Source: Nageia nagi (lineage: Eukaryota > Plantae > Pinophyta). From it: DNA of 64,000 nucleotides. The stretch covers positions 56,792,001 through 56,856,000 of the forward strand of contig JBITNC010000001.1 in NCBI GenBank assembly GCA_050084985.1, in the 5' to 3' direction. A model generated the notes under the pieces. The model made no database searches. It was not told the DNA's origin and saw only the letters and a program-made list of their open reading frames with translations. This document shows positions 1 to 12,119 of this stretch, piece after piece. Each line of letters opens with the position of its first letter. Position 1 is the first letter of the stretch. The translations under genes were made by a program, and so were the position numbers.

Positions 1-3000
1 CTAGAACATGGAGTGGCTAGTGTGCTACATCCCCCAACATAATTAACTAGTGAGGCTAAGGGAGTAAGCTTTCCGAAAATATCATATGAAACCTGCATGA
101 TTTGATATGGTCCCCAAGTAGAGAGGGAAGATGGTTCCTCTTTTGGATTTGGCGATTCCCTAGTAGTTATGGATGCCAATTAATTGAGTGATTTTGATTG
201 CACCCCATGATGATGGGTGATTGATTTTCCTTAGGCAATATTGATGATATTCCAACAATGATGGATAATAATGTAAATCCATAATACTTACAATAATTAT
301 GGATGATATTCCTTAGGTGATATTCCAATGATGATGGATAATATTCCAATGATGATGGTCAATGTTGTTTTGTTGACATAGATAACTCTGATGGAGTAGC
401 CTCATCATCAAGATTGGACTTGGTAGAAATATGCTCATGCAATTGCATGAAAGAGGTTTAATTTGTATTATAATATTCCTTCAAATATGATGATTTTATT
501 TCAACCAATTCATATTTAGGTTATTGTGCATCAGATTCTTGTTCACCCTTGAAAATTAGATCTTCAAGAGGTGATACGTAATTGATAAATTTTATATCAA
601 AAAATTTTGAATATGGGTATTCTATGTGCTTCTTATTTTGATCCTATTTTTTAGGCAATAAGAAACTCTCTAAATATGTTTATTGTGCTAGATCACATAT
701 AAGAGGAATAATAGAGATAATATCAATCACTTTAGACTCCCTAATCCTTAACTAGAAAAATGGACTTTCTTAGGTGAATTAATAGAAAAATCACCAACAT
801 TATGAATATCTATACATGATCATATACAAGTCATAGACTGACTAGATGGTGAAATAATATGCAATTTAGGTTCTATAAGATCATTAAATTGAATCTAAGA
901 TCCTTTAGAGGCATGCATATCTTCTTCTAAAAAGATATCAACTTGAATGGGAAGTGATGGATCATCATCTTATATTTGAGACTTCTCATGATTAATAGGA
1001 AACAAATTATATGATGAGGTTAACATTGGTAATGATGATGATTTTGATATAGTGGTTCCCTCAGTAGGGATATCCAATGGTATTATTGTAGATGTAACTT
1101 CATGCATAATACATGAACATTCATCCTTAATGTGTGATCTAATGGATGAAGGTAATTGGTATGTAATAATAGATTGTTCTACTTCATACAGTGTAATATT
1201 TGTGTCAATACTTTGAGTTATAGTGGATTTACATTATTTTGGATTCTCGATAAAGATACATGATGAATCAACTAAAAGTGAGTCTTCTTCATTGATAGCT
1301 TTTATGATTGAAGTTTGTTGAAGATACTACCAAATAAGAGTTTGTCTATTATCATGAGTAATGCGATGAGGAATATGTGTATTAGTTTGGATAGATCGAT
1401 AAGGTTTCACAATATTTTTCATATAGATATCCTGACTACCATGTGTAACAATTATATCCTTATGATAAGATTTCATAAGATTCACAGATATTGATCAAGA
1501 TCCATGAGTAGAAGAGGATTCTTAGTGTAGTTTGATTCATGATGACTATTAGAATAATGATTAACTTTTGGAATAATATGACTAAGCTTATCATGATTCC
1601 TTCTTATTAATCATGAGGTGTGATAAGAATCACTATGATCTATAATAACTCATTGTGTGTCACAATTAAGCTCTTATAATCCATAGGTGATGATCTTGAC
1701 TTATCAAAAGAAGTGTGATATAAACTAGATTGTAAAGTGTATGAAATGGGTGAATCATATCAATGATTATGATATTGAGAGTTGTGGTTGTTAGATGAGA
1801 TCCTTGATCAAGAGATATGTACCTTCTCATAGCAATATCATAGTACATAGGGTATTCATAATGAATCTTGATATATTCATACTCAATGGATGACTGATGA
1901 GAGGCTCTAGAAGTAGTTGAATAGGAGGTATGAGATGTATCATAATCATGGGCATGTTTTGATGGTGTGAGTTCTTTGCTAATAGATCTTTATTTGAGAT
2001 AATGACATTGCTATCAAAATGTTTTAAAAAGAGATATATCAATTATGTATATGAAAAGATACTATATTATTTTAAAATTTTGTACCAATCATTAGCTTGA
2101 CCAAAAGTGTCATAGGAAAAATTCAAAGCATTAATCCATAATCATAAGTGATGTGGTGACATGCATATTTGAATCTTGTTAAATTCTATTGTGGGTCATC
2201 TTCCCTGCTAAATATTTCAAATTTAGGATGGTGAACTTGAAAGGGTATTCCTCTATGGGCACACTATGGTGTATGGGATTATTTTGGATAAACCCTTGTA
2301 TGTGAAATTATGCTTATACCTAATCTAATCTTTATGATATATCAATGGTTGAATGTTGGTAGTTATTATCCTCTTGCATGGAGAATATAGATCTTCTATA
2401 AGATAACTTATTATCTAAGAAGTATTCATGATGTTTATCTTCTTGCCACTTATATCTCCTACTATATTTTCTATCATCCTTTCTTTCATATTTTCTTTGT
2501 TCTTAGTATTTAGAGTGAGAAGATAGATGATATTTATCATGTATAGAAGAGTCATTTATAGAAGACCTATGAGATAATTCGTGATAATCTAGATATTTTT
2601 CATCTCTTTGTTCACATGAAAATGAGTGAGGATGGTAAGATTGATCATACTCAAAAGAGGTAAACTTAGAACTCCTATAACATTGTTGATTCTAAGATCG
2701 ATCACTAAGTCTAGAATATCTACTCCAACATGAGGATACATGGCATTATTCATCATACTAGTGATGAGAACAAGTATAATGAGATGAAGTGGAACTCAAT
2801 TGATGAGCCCTTTGATTTTAGGTTTGAACCATGCTAACCCCAGGATAAGGCTCCATGAGCAACACATATAAACAATGATTTCAAATTTTCTAAGGGGATT
2901 TCTTGATGATAACAACCTTTTGACCAAGGTGTGAAGGATTGATTATTTTTTATTAAATTAGCTTAGAAGTGGCTTCCTAGAAGGAACTCTTAAGGGGGTC

Positions 3001-3800
3001 CTCACTTCATGCATTCATAGGTAAGGTGCATGGTGATTAGCTCACCATATGCCCACAAGGATGATTTAGATAAATCAAGACATGACTCTACTAAAAATAA
3101 ATCACATCAACCAACACAAAGTCTAATATTCCTTTCATTATCTTGTGTTTAATGTTGGTTATTATGAAGCAATGATACACACACAACATAGATGTCTACC
3201 ATTTCATCTAAATGCATCAATCATTGTTATCTAGATTAAATTTTCATTAATTGATTTATCTTTATTTAACATGTTCAATGTGAATTCATTTTATGACCTC
3301 TTTTTAATTTTCTTAGAATGTCAACTTGTCAAGTGTTTAAAGAGGTAGGTAAGGTATTTCTACTAGCTATCATGGGTGGACTGATAAATGCCCTTATACT
3401 TAGGGATTACCTATATATGTATAAGATTTTGATTAAAAAGGGATGCTGGTGCTAACCTGGGGAACCTCCAATACTTATCAACATTGAAAGTTCATACTGG
3501 GATAGATACCTCGACTAGGTGGGCATCATAAAACTACCTTGGTGCCCATCATCCATGTGATTAGTCTCAATATCACTAACCTCTAATCTAATGGTTACCT
3601 AACGCTAAGTTGCTAAGATAACTAACCTACCTATGATGAAATTTGGATGAACACTCATACTAGGAAATATGTTTGGGAAAGTAGCAGTTGGTCATGACCT
3701 CCAACTCACTATTATTGTTTATTTGTATTACTTGAGTATATGAGAATGCTAGTTATTCCAAAGTGAAAGATGATGTTCTTTTAAATTTCTTTAAATACAA
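1..3800 (-). mobile_element. Highly degenerate Ty3/gypsy (Tat/Ogre-like) gag region, boundaries approximate
   Basis: Minus-strand translation near 2250-2090 gives GIPFQVHHPKFEIFSREDDP...PMTLFGQANDWY, resembling the PKF..Y.G..DP / L.G.A..W motifs of retrotransposon Gag. Many stops; LTRs not resolved. Confidence 0.45.
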
Positions 3801-5099
3801 AAATGAAACACTCCCAACCTAAATTTTAGATACCAATATTGGTTTTAAGCTTACAAACAAGCACATGTGTGACAACTCCATTTCCAAATTTTAATGATTT
3901 CTTTGCTAATGCATACTTAGTTTATTTGATGCAAATAATGCACACTCAGTAATCACAAATTACATTCCAAGGAAACTATTTTCAAATATAAATTCAATTT
4001 TTTATGGAATTTAACAAAAATTAATTCACAAAATTTTTGTGCTAATCTAAAAATTTAAAATTTAGGATTGCACATCTAAAAAAAGGTCAAAACCCCAAAG
4101 TAGAAATCTAGACTAAAAATCTAAAGTTAAAATATTAAATCTAAATTAAAATTTAAAATCTAAATTAAAATTTAAAATATAAATTTTACAATTATTTTTT
4201 TATATATTTATTTTATTTGAAAGTAAAATGCAGAAGACCATGATATCAACACTTCAGACAACTCAAAAAATGGAGTCATAAAACTCCAGATAGATAATTA
4301 AATATCTCAATTTAATTAAAAATATCTAATTTTTTATTTTTAATGAAAAGTGGATATTGATGATGGGTTAGAAGATTTAAAATAGGTCATGCAACCACTC
4401 TTTATGAAGGTATTAGTTTCATGGATCTCATAAAAGTGACAGTTCAAAAAAAGGAGTCTAAATGAAGAAGTTATGATGAAAATAGTGCGTTGATCCCTAA
4501 TTAACAATTTTAATTCAAATTTTAAATTTAGACTAGATGAAATTCAAAATTGATTCTATGGATCAATTTACGAGAAAAGGGTATCTTGTAACCACTTATT
4601 TTGACCATGTCAAGATGAAGAATGTAGTGGAACTGATGGAGTAAGAAATGAATTTTGATTGCAAGATTTATAGCAAAAAGACTACCAAGAAGCAAAAAGG
4701 GGAAGTTTAGGACATGCTAGCTCAACCAATTTGCCAAATCAATGACTCCACATCAACAAAGAGGATGAATTAGCAAGCCACATTAGTGGAGTCAAAGAGT
4801 CAATAAGGTTAACACTTGGCAAGAGAAGATTAGATTCATGGATCATGTGTTTAACCAATCAAATTTTTGGAATTTAAATTTATATGTATTGAGCTTGGTG
4901 GACATGTAGGGAGAGACCAACTGGGAGAGTAAACTAGGTGATAAAATAAGTGGTAAGAAGAAGGCCTACCTTTTGTGCATACATTGCAAAATATTTCTAT
5001 CATCCATCTCCATGATTCCTAGTAGTATTCTTAGCATTTTGATGGGCAAGTGATGTGAGTTTGAGTGGTATCCTAAAATGTGAGCATCATAAGACCAAC

Positions 5100-5341
5100 A
5101 CCAACATGTTTATAACATGTGTGAAGATTATGAGAGCTCTAAAAAAAAGATTACATAGCTACCAAATAGTAGTTGAAAGTGGTATTTATTATAGAGTGCA
5201 CTAATAGACATGTATGGTTTGTTTGGTAACACAAAGGAGATGCGTGTATTATATGACAAGCTACAATATGAGAGACATCAAATCATGGATTGCAATGATC
5301 ATGGATATGCATCCTTTTCCATGGGGAGCTCTAGAAAAAGA
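5100..5341 (+). pseudogene. PLS-class PPR gene fragment
   Basis: 5195-5266 reads SALIDMYGLFGNTKEMRVLYDKLQ, then (frameshifted) RDIKSWIAMI..GYA, matching the PLS-PPR consensus ALIDMYAKCG..ARxLFDKM..RDVVSWxAMIxGYA. It is cut at 5341 by an LTR. Confidence 0.7.
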
Positions 5342-5886
5342 TGTCGATATTTAGTAAGTTATAATAAATAGGAATAATCTAATTGGCAAAATTAAATACA
5401 AAGAATCACAATCAAGATAGTAGACATAAGATATACTATGGTTTGGCTAGGAAAGCCTACATCCATTTGAAGCAATTACTTTGGTATTATTTCAACTATA
5501 GAAGGAATTACAATCCATAGAAAAATGTTGTACAATTCTATTCAACACAACACCTCTAATGTTCACATGAACATCCACATACCACAACTGTGTCTCCACC
5601 TTCAATGTTCTTAATCAAACATTCACCCTTTTGACACACAAGATTGAAAACTCCAATCTCCCTTTACAATACTAGCAAAGATAATTCTCTCTTAGAGGAT
5701 GACATATTTATAGGATTTAATCCCAAAATCCCTTTTTTATGCTTTCCCTTGGATCTATTTTTAGTTACACTAAGTGCCTCACTAAAATAGGAGTTACAAA
5801 CTTAAAAATAAACCCAATTATATGCAACTCTGATTAAATAATGGATTCCCAATCATCCCACTAAATCAGGCTCCATAATCCTAACA
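5342..5886 (-). repeat. 3' LTR of old copia (left unit)
   Basis: TG...CA termini, aligns with 7263-7806, adjacent PPT. Confidence 0.8.
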
Positions 5887-7262
5887 ATCTTCCACTTGGA
5901 GAATGATCCACAAAAATTCTACCACTCCCTAAAGATAAATATTCAACCAAGTAATGAATGCCATCTCCTCTAGATTTTTGTATCCATACGTTGAACCATC
6001 ACACCAAACTAGTGCCATCCATGCACTTTTATTCCTATGATCAACAAGTAACACACAATCTACCTACCAAAAATCAATGATAATAAGAACATCCTCAAAA
6101 TTACTATGTATCATGGTGAATCAAATTTCACTACCATGGCAAGATCTACATACTATCAATGACCCATAGAATGTAGACACATAATATGGCTTTTCCACTA
6201 GCTTTGGAAGCACATTCCCCAAGTGTGGTATTACATACCAACTTAGAGACTTAGGGTTGCAATAATACAAAGTTATAACTATATTATGTGTTCCATCATG
6301 AGATCATACAATAAATTTTGAGCCATTTCCATCTACTTGGACATGTCTCCTAGATCCCACTACTTGTCCAATCTTCAATCTTTTGTATTCAAGATTAATA
6401 CAATATTCAAAAAGTTCAAGGCATCTTGTAACATGTCATCAACTATTTTTTTCCCTAATCCTCCTCCATATCTATATCAATAATATTTCTTCATATTCCC
6501 CTTTTTACCATAATGTCAGCACTCCATCTTTCCCTTGGACTTGTATCTATCTTGTTGCTCTCCATAGTTCCCCAAACTCATTCCTCTCACCCTTTGTTAT
6601 CTTATGGTAATCAATGCTTCATTATATGATGACTCTCTTATGCTCTTCCTTCATATGTCATGACCAAGGAATGCTTTCACCACATCATAAAAATAAAGAA
6701 CACTATAAATAATACTAATAGCTATTACCAAGCTCTCCCAAAAATCAAGTAATGAACAAATTAATTCATCTCTTCCTTTATTTTAACTTTACAAGAGGCT
6801 AACTTACTAACAACCATATTGAACTCATTTAAATGACTAGCTATAGATCCACCTTTTGATATATGCAAATTATAAAGTTTCTTTAATAAGAATACCTTGG
6901 TTTATGTTGAGGGGTTTTCATAGAGATTTTTCATTACATCCATAATATCCTTTGTGATCTTTTCCTCGGTAATATTGAATGCTATAGAAGATGTGAGACT
7001 CAACTAGATAACATCCAATACCTTCCTATCAAGAAGACTCTGCTCATCATATATCATAGAATAAGGTTTCTTCATTGCTCCTTCCAGAGGTAGATATAAA
7101 TATTTCATCAACAACAAGTATTTAATTTGCATTCACCAAAATTGGTAATTCTTTCCATTGAATTTATGCACTCTGAATGTTGATATATCTTCCATTGCTC
7201 CCTCTCAAACTGAAAATTCTTTTATTTTCTAGGTGCACCCAATGGTTAGCTCTAATACTAGT

Positions 7263-7806
7263 TGTTGGGATTCAACAAGTTTTGATAAACAAGAACAATC
7301 TAATTTGCATAATTAAATACAAAGAATCATAATCAAGATAATAGACACAAGATATACATTGGTTTGATTAGGATATCCTACATCTACATGAAGTAATTAC
7401 TTTGGTATTATTTCAACTGCAAAATGAAATACAATCTAAAAAAAATATTGTATAATTATCTTCAACATAAGGCCTCCAATATTCATATGAACATACACAC
7501 ACCACAATCGTATCTCCACCTTCAATGTTGTCAACCAAACATTCACCCTTTAAACATATAAGATTGAAAACCCCAATCTCCCTTTACAATACCAACAAAG
7601 ATAATTCTCTCACATATAATAACATATTTATAGGATTTAATCCAAAAATACCTTTTGTATTATTTCCATTGGATATATTTTTAGTTACACTAAGTGCTTC
7701 ACTAAAGGAGGAGTTACAAACTTAAAAATAAATCCAATTACATGCAACTCTGATTAAACAATGGATTCCCAATCATACCACCAAATCAGGCTCCATAATC
7801 CTAACA
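7263..7806 (-). repeat. Shared central LTR (PBS on one side, PPT on the other)
   Basis: tgttggg...cctaaca; reverse-complement PBS at 7249-7260 and reverse-complement PPT at 7807-7822. Confidence 0.85.
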
Positions 7807-8737
7807 ATCTCCCACTTGGAGATTGATCCACAATAATTATACCACTATTGCATTCACTAAATACAAATATTAAACCAAGCAAGGAATGTCACCTCCTCCA
7901 TATTTTTGTATTTATAATCTAAACCATCACATCAAACTAGTTTCATTTGTGCACTTTTATCGTCATGATCAATAGGGAACACACAATCTACCTACCAAAA
8001 ATAAGTGATAATAACAACATCCTCAAAATTACTATGTATCATGGTGAATCAAACATTACCATCATGGCAAGATCTACATACTACAAATGACCCATATCAT
8101 CCACATAGATAATATGGCTTTACCACTAGCTTTAAAAGCACATCCCCGAGTGTGGTATTACCTACCAACTTAGAGACTTAGGGTTGAAATGATACAAATT
8201 TGTAACCACATTATGTGTTCCATCCTAAGATCATAAAATAAATCTTGAGCCATGTCCATCTTCTTAGGTATGTCTCCCAATCACCATTGCTTGTCCAATC
8301 TTCAATCTTTTGTAGTTAATATTAATACAATCTTTAGAAAGTATCAAGCCATTTTATAACATATCACCAACTATTTTTGCCTATGATTCTCCGCCATCTC
8401 CATTCCAAGACCAAAAATATTTGTTGTGTGTGGAGCATGATTGTTCAGAGTTGTTTATTTTAGCCGGATGTATATCCCAGGAAGCTAAAAACGTTTGAAA
8501 AATTACCTTGTAAAAGTAAAGTAATTTCTAGTCAATCTGGGCTGTTTATTAGGCAAATAATCTGATGGTTGAACTTATGTTTGGTTTAGGGATTTTTTCC
8601 CTAGATAAAAACCCCTCTTTTTGCATGTGGGCATTGTAACAGACGTGATTCGGTGAGTGAGAAATAGAAACGTGAGACTGTGAGAGAAAACAGAGGATAT
8701 TACAGAGTATGTTGCTGCTACAGAGGCTAGTAAAGAA

Positions 8738-9022
8738 ATGATTTGGTTACAAAGGTTCATGGGTGAATTGGGTAAGGAGCATGATATGGGGACGCTATAC
8801 AGTGATAGCCAAAGTGCCATTCATCTTGCAAAGAACTCAGCATTTCATTCTAGGACTAAACACATACAGCTTAAGTACCATTTCATACGATCAGTGTTGG
8901 AAGATGGAGAATTAAAGCTGGAAAAGATACATACTAGCCAGAATCCTGCAAATATGCTAACAAAAGTTGTAACCAGGGAGAAACTGAGAATATGCTCAGT
9001 TTCAATTGGTCTTCAAGGATGA
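8738..9022 (+). pseudogene. Copia RNase H C-terminal fragment (94-aa ORF), unit 1; repeated at 9435-9719 and 10132-10416
   Basis: Motifs YSDSQSAIHLAKN, HSRTKHI and NPA[DN]MLTK; nearly identical to the C-terminus of ORF 31501-32691. Confidence 0.9.
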
Positions 9023-10512
9023 CTATGAAGATGAGAAATAGCCAGGTCCAAAGAGGAGTCATTGTCCAGCAAAAGAAGCAGCGGTGGAGTTGCTACAATC
9101 ATTCTCCAAGTGGGAGATTGTTGTGTGTGGAGCATGATTGTTCAGAGTTGTTTATTTTAGTCGGATGTATATCCCAGGAAGCTAAAAACGTTTGAAAAAT
9201 TACCTTGTAAAAGTAAAGTAATTTCTAGTCAATCTGGGCTGTTTATTAGGCAAATAATCTGACGGTTGAACTTATGTTTGGTTTAGGGATTTTTTCCCTA
9301 GATAAAAACCCCTCTTTTTGCATGTGGGCATTGTAACAGATGTGATTCGGTGAGTGAGAAATAGAAACGTGAGACTGTGAGAGAAAACAGAGGATATTAC
9401 AGAGTATGTTGCTGCTATAGAGGCTAGTAAAGAAATGATTTGGTTACAAAGGTTCATGGGTGAATTGGGTAAGGAGCATGATATGGGGACGCTATACAGT
9501 GATAGCCAAAGTGCCATTCATCTTGCAAAGAACTCAGCATTTCATTCTAGTACTAAACACATACAGCTTAAGTACCATTTCATACGATTAATGTTGGAAG
9601 ATGGAGAATTAAAGCTGGAAAAGATACATACTAGCCAGAATCCTGCAGATATGCTAACAAAAGTTGTAACCAGGGAGAAACTGAGAATATGCTCAGTTTC
9701 AATTGGTCTTCAAGGATGACTATGAAGATGAGAAACAGCCAGGTCCAAAGAGGAGTCATTGTCCAGCAAAAGAAGCAGCGGTGGAGTTGCTACAATCATT
9801 CTCCAAGTGGGAGATTGTTGTGTGTGGAGCATGATTGTTCAGAGTTGTTTATTTTAGCCGGATGTATATCCCAGGAAGCTAAAAACGTTTGAAAAATTAC
9901 CTTGTAAAAGTAAAGTAATTTCTAGTCAATCTGGGCCGTTTATTAGGCAAATAATCTGACGGTTGAACTTATGTTTGGTTTAGGGATTTTTTCCCTAGAT
10001 AAAAACCCCTCTTTTTGCATGTGGGCATTGTAACAGACGTGATTCGGTGAGTGAGAAATAGAAACGTGAGACTGTGAGAGAAAACAGAGGATATTACAGA
10101 GTATGTTGCTGCTACAGAGGCTAGTAAAGAAATGATTTGGTTACAAAGGTTCATGGGTGAATTGGGTAAGGAGCATGATATGGGGACGCTATACAGTGAT
10201 AGCCAAAGTGCCATTCATCTTGCAAAGAACTCAGCATTTCATTCTAGGACTAAACACATACAGCTTAAGTACCATTTCATACGATTAGTGTTGGAAGATG
10301 GAGAATTAAAGCTGGAAAAGATACATACTAGCCAGAATCCTGCAGATATGCTAACAAAAGTTGTAACCAGGGAGAAACTGAGAATATGCTCAGTTTCAAT
10401 TGGTCTTCAAGGATGACTATGAAGATGAGAAATAGCCAGGTCCAAAGAGGAGTCATTGTCCAGCAAAAGAAGCAGCGGTGGAGTTGCTACAATCATTCTC
10501 CAAGTGGGAGAT

Positions 10513-10991
10513 TGTTGTGTGTGGAGCATGATTGTTCAGAGTTGTTTATTTTAGCCGGATGTATATCCCAGGAAGCTAAAAATGTTTGAAAAATTACCTT
10601 GTAAAAGTAAAGTAATTTCTAGTCAATCTGGGCCGTTTATTAGGCAAATAATCTGACGGTTGAACTTATGTTTGGTTTAGGGATTTTTTCCCTAGATAAA
10701 AACCCCTCTTTTTGCATGTGGGCATTGTAACAGACGTGATTCGGTGAGTGAGAAATAGAAACGTGAGATTGTGAGAGAAAATAGAGGATATTACAGCGAA
10801 TCTGTTGTAGGTTGTATCTATTCACTTTGCTGGATAATAAAAAAGGAAGGACTTGCTATTTGGTGTGGACGTAGCCCAAACTGGGTGAACCACGTATATC
10901 TGTGTCTCTCTTGTTTATGCATTTTCTATGCTTATATTTCTAAAACGTTTTTTATGTTTTATTGCTCCGTAATAATTATAATTTCCTAACA
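10513..10991 (+). repeat. Complete 479-bp LTR closing the array
   Basis: TG...CA; preceded by PPT ccaagtgggagat; roughly 96% identical by eye to the LTRs at 28492 and 32788. Confidence 0.95.
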
Positions 10992-11199
10992 ATATTTCTT
11001 CAAATGCCCTTTTTTTATAATGCCAACACTCCATCTTTCCCTTGGACTAGATCCATCTTGTTGCTCTCCATGGTTTCCCAAAATCAAATTTATAAAGGTA
11101 TTATTCAAATTCATACATTTTTTCCTTTTTTCTTTTTAAATTTATTTACACATGATGTAGGTTAAATTTTTTTAAATGTATAGGAGGCCTATTATTTAT

Positions 11200-11454
11200 T
11201 TATAGAATACAACATATTGATATAAGCATAGCAAGTTTCTTGAAAATACTATGGTTATTTCAGAGAGGTACAACATAGGAAATGTATTAATTAAAGGGTA
11301 TCCATTTTATGACTATAGCAAGGATGATCTTAGGCTATTTAATATGATGAAACACTTAGGAATGAACTCCAACAACAAAATTTTTGCATGTGTGCTATTT
11401 GCTTGTAGCCATGAGGATTGTAAATACTTTACCATCAATTTTTTTTACAAATAA
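11200..11454 (+). pseudogene. PLS-class PPR gene fragment
   Basis: NVLIKGYPFYDYSKDDLRLFNMMKHLGMNSNNKIFACVLFACSH..CKYF matches the PPR P2-L2 consensus NAMIxGYAMHG..KEALxLF..M...G..P...TF..VL.ACSH. Confidence 0.7.
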
Positions 11455-12119
11455 ACTAATTATGTTGTGTGTGTTCATGTACATATAGTAAAGAAATGTG
11501 TACCTAGATTGTGAATCTCTCCCAAATTGTGAAGTTCTTTGCCAATTAGTATGGACTAGAACTGAAGGTGGTCTTATTGGATTGTATTAATATATCATTA
11601 TGAAGGAGAGATGGAGGATATCATAATAAAATTCATGCTCTTTCTCACAACATATCTCTTCTATTTCTCTCAAATGGCTCAATCATAGTATATTTCTCAC
11701 CAACATGGATACAAACTAACTATATTTTCTTCATTTTATTATACTTTTGAGTAGTGTTTTGCACTTGCTTTTAAAAACAAGGAAAATCCCTCATAGTTTT
11801 CTCTCAAAGCTTGATCATATAATGGTTATGATTTTTCATGGATCTTCTCAAGGCAAATCGAGTTTTTCACTGCTTTTGGCAACAAGGAAAAATTCTCACC
11901 AAGGTGTGCTCTAATATCATATTAGAGAGTAAGTTGAGAGTATTCTTTGCATTATTAAGAAGATATTTTAATACATTATAGTTTGGGAGTTACATTCTTG
12001 TACAATAATAGAAGTGGAAACCATAAACCCCAATATTAAAATAAAATCTAGTAATGTTAAAAAATTAAGATTACATTTATTATATTCCTAGATACCTAAA
12101 TGTATTATTTCTAACATCG

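Larger units (their letters stand above)
8422..10991 (+). mobile_element. Tandem array derived from a young Ty1/copia: 3 x 697-bp [LTR nt 1-284 + 413-bp RNase H tail/PPT] plus one complete 479-bp LTR
   Basis: LTR starts (tgttgtgtgtggagc) at 8422, 9119, 9816 and 10513, an exact 697-bp period. Ends ...cctaaca at 10991. 5-bp TSD ATATT at 8417-8421 and 10992-10996. The internal part matches 32375-32787 of the full element. No PBS. Confidence 0.95.
5342..11086 (-). mobile_element. Old non-autonomous Ty1/copia (gag plus protease remnant only, TR-GAG-like) in tandem: LTR-internal-LTR-internal(truncated)
   Basis: Related ~545-bp LTRs at 5342-5886 and 7263-7806, each followed on + by a reverse-complement PPT (atct[tc]ccacttggaga). 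Reverse-complement tRNA-iMet PBS (gctctaatacta) at 7249-7260. Minus-strand gag start MEDISTFRVHKFNGKNYQFW at ~7195 and zinc knuckle near 6490-6530. The second internal copy (7807-8421 plus 10992-11086) aligns with 5887-6580. Confidence 0.8.

Noticed and set aside
8700-8712. Array junction as a canonical splice or back-splice product
   Set aside because: An AG precedes the RNase H side, but the LTR side continues CG/CA rather than GT, and no shift within the CAG microhomology gives GT-AG or GC-AG
8422-10512. Triplication as a pure assembly artefact
   Set aside because: Units carry distinct substitutions, mostly C>T/G>A as expected from methylcytosine decay, not indel-type read errors. Judged unlikely, but long-read confirmation is still needed.
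8575-10989. Repeated 61-81-aa ORFs (MALWLSLY..., MLSFNWSS..., LTR-internal ORFs)
   Set aside because: Antisense or alternate-frame by-products of the repeated LTR/RNase H sequence; no independent evidence
11908-12116. Possible TRIM/solo LTR (reverse-complement PBS-like gctctaatatca, then ...ctaaca)
   Set aside because: No second LTR or TSD found
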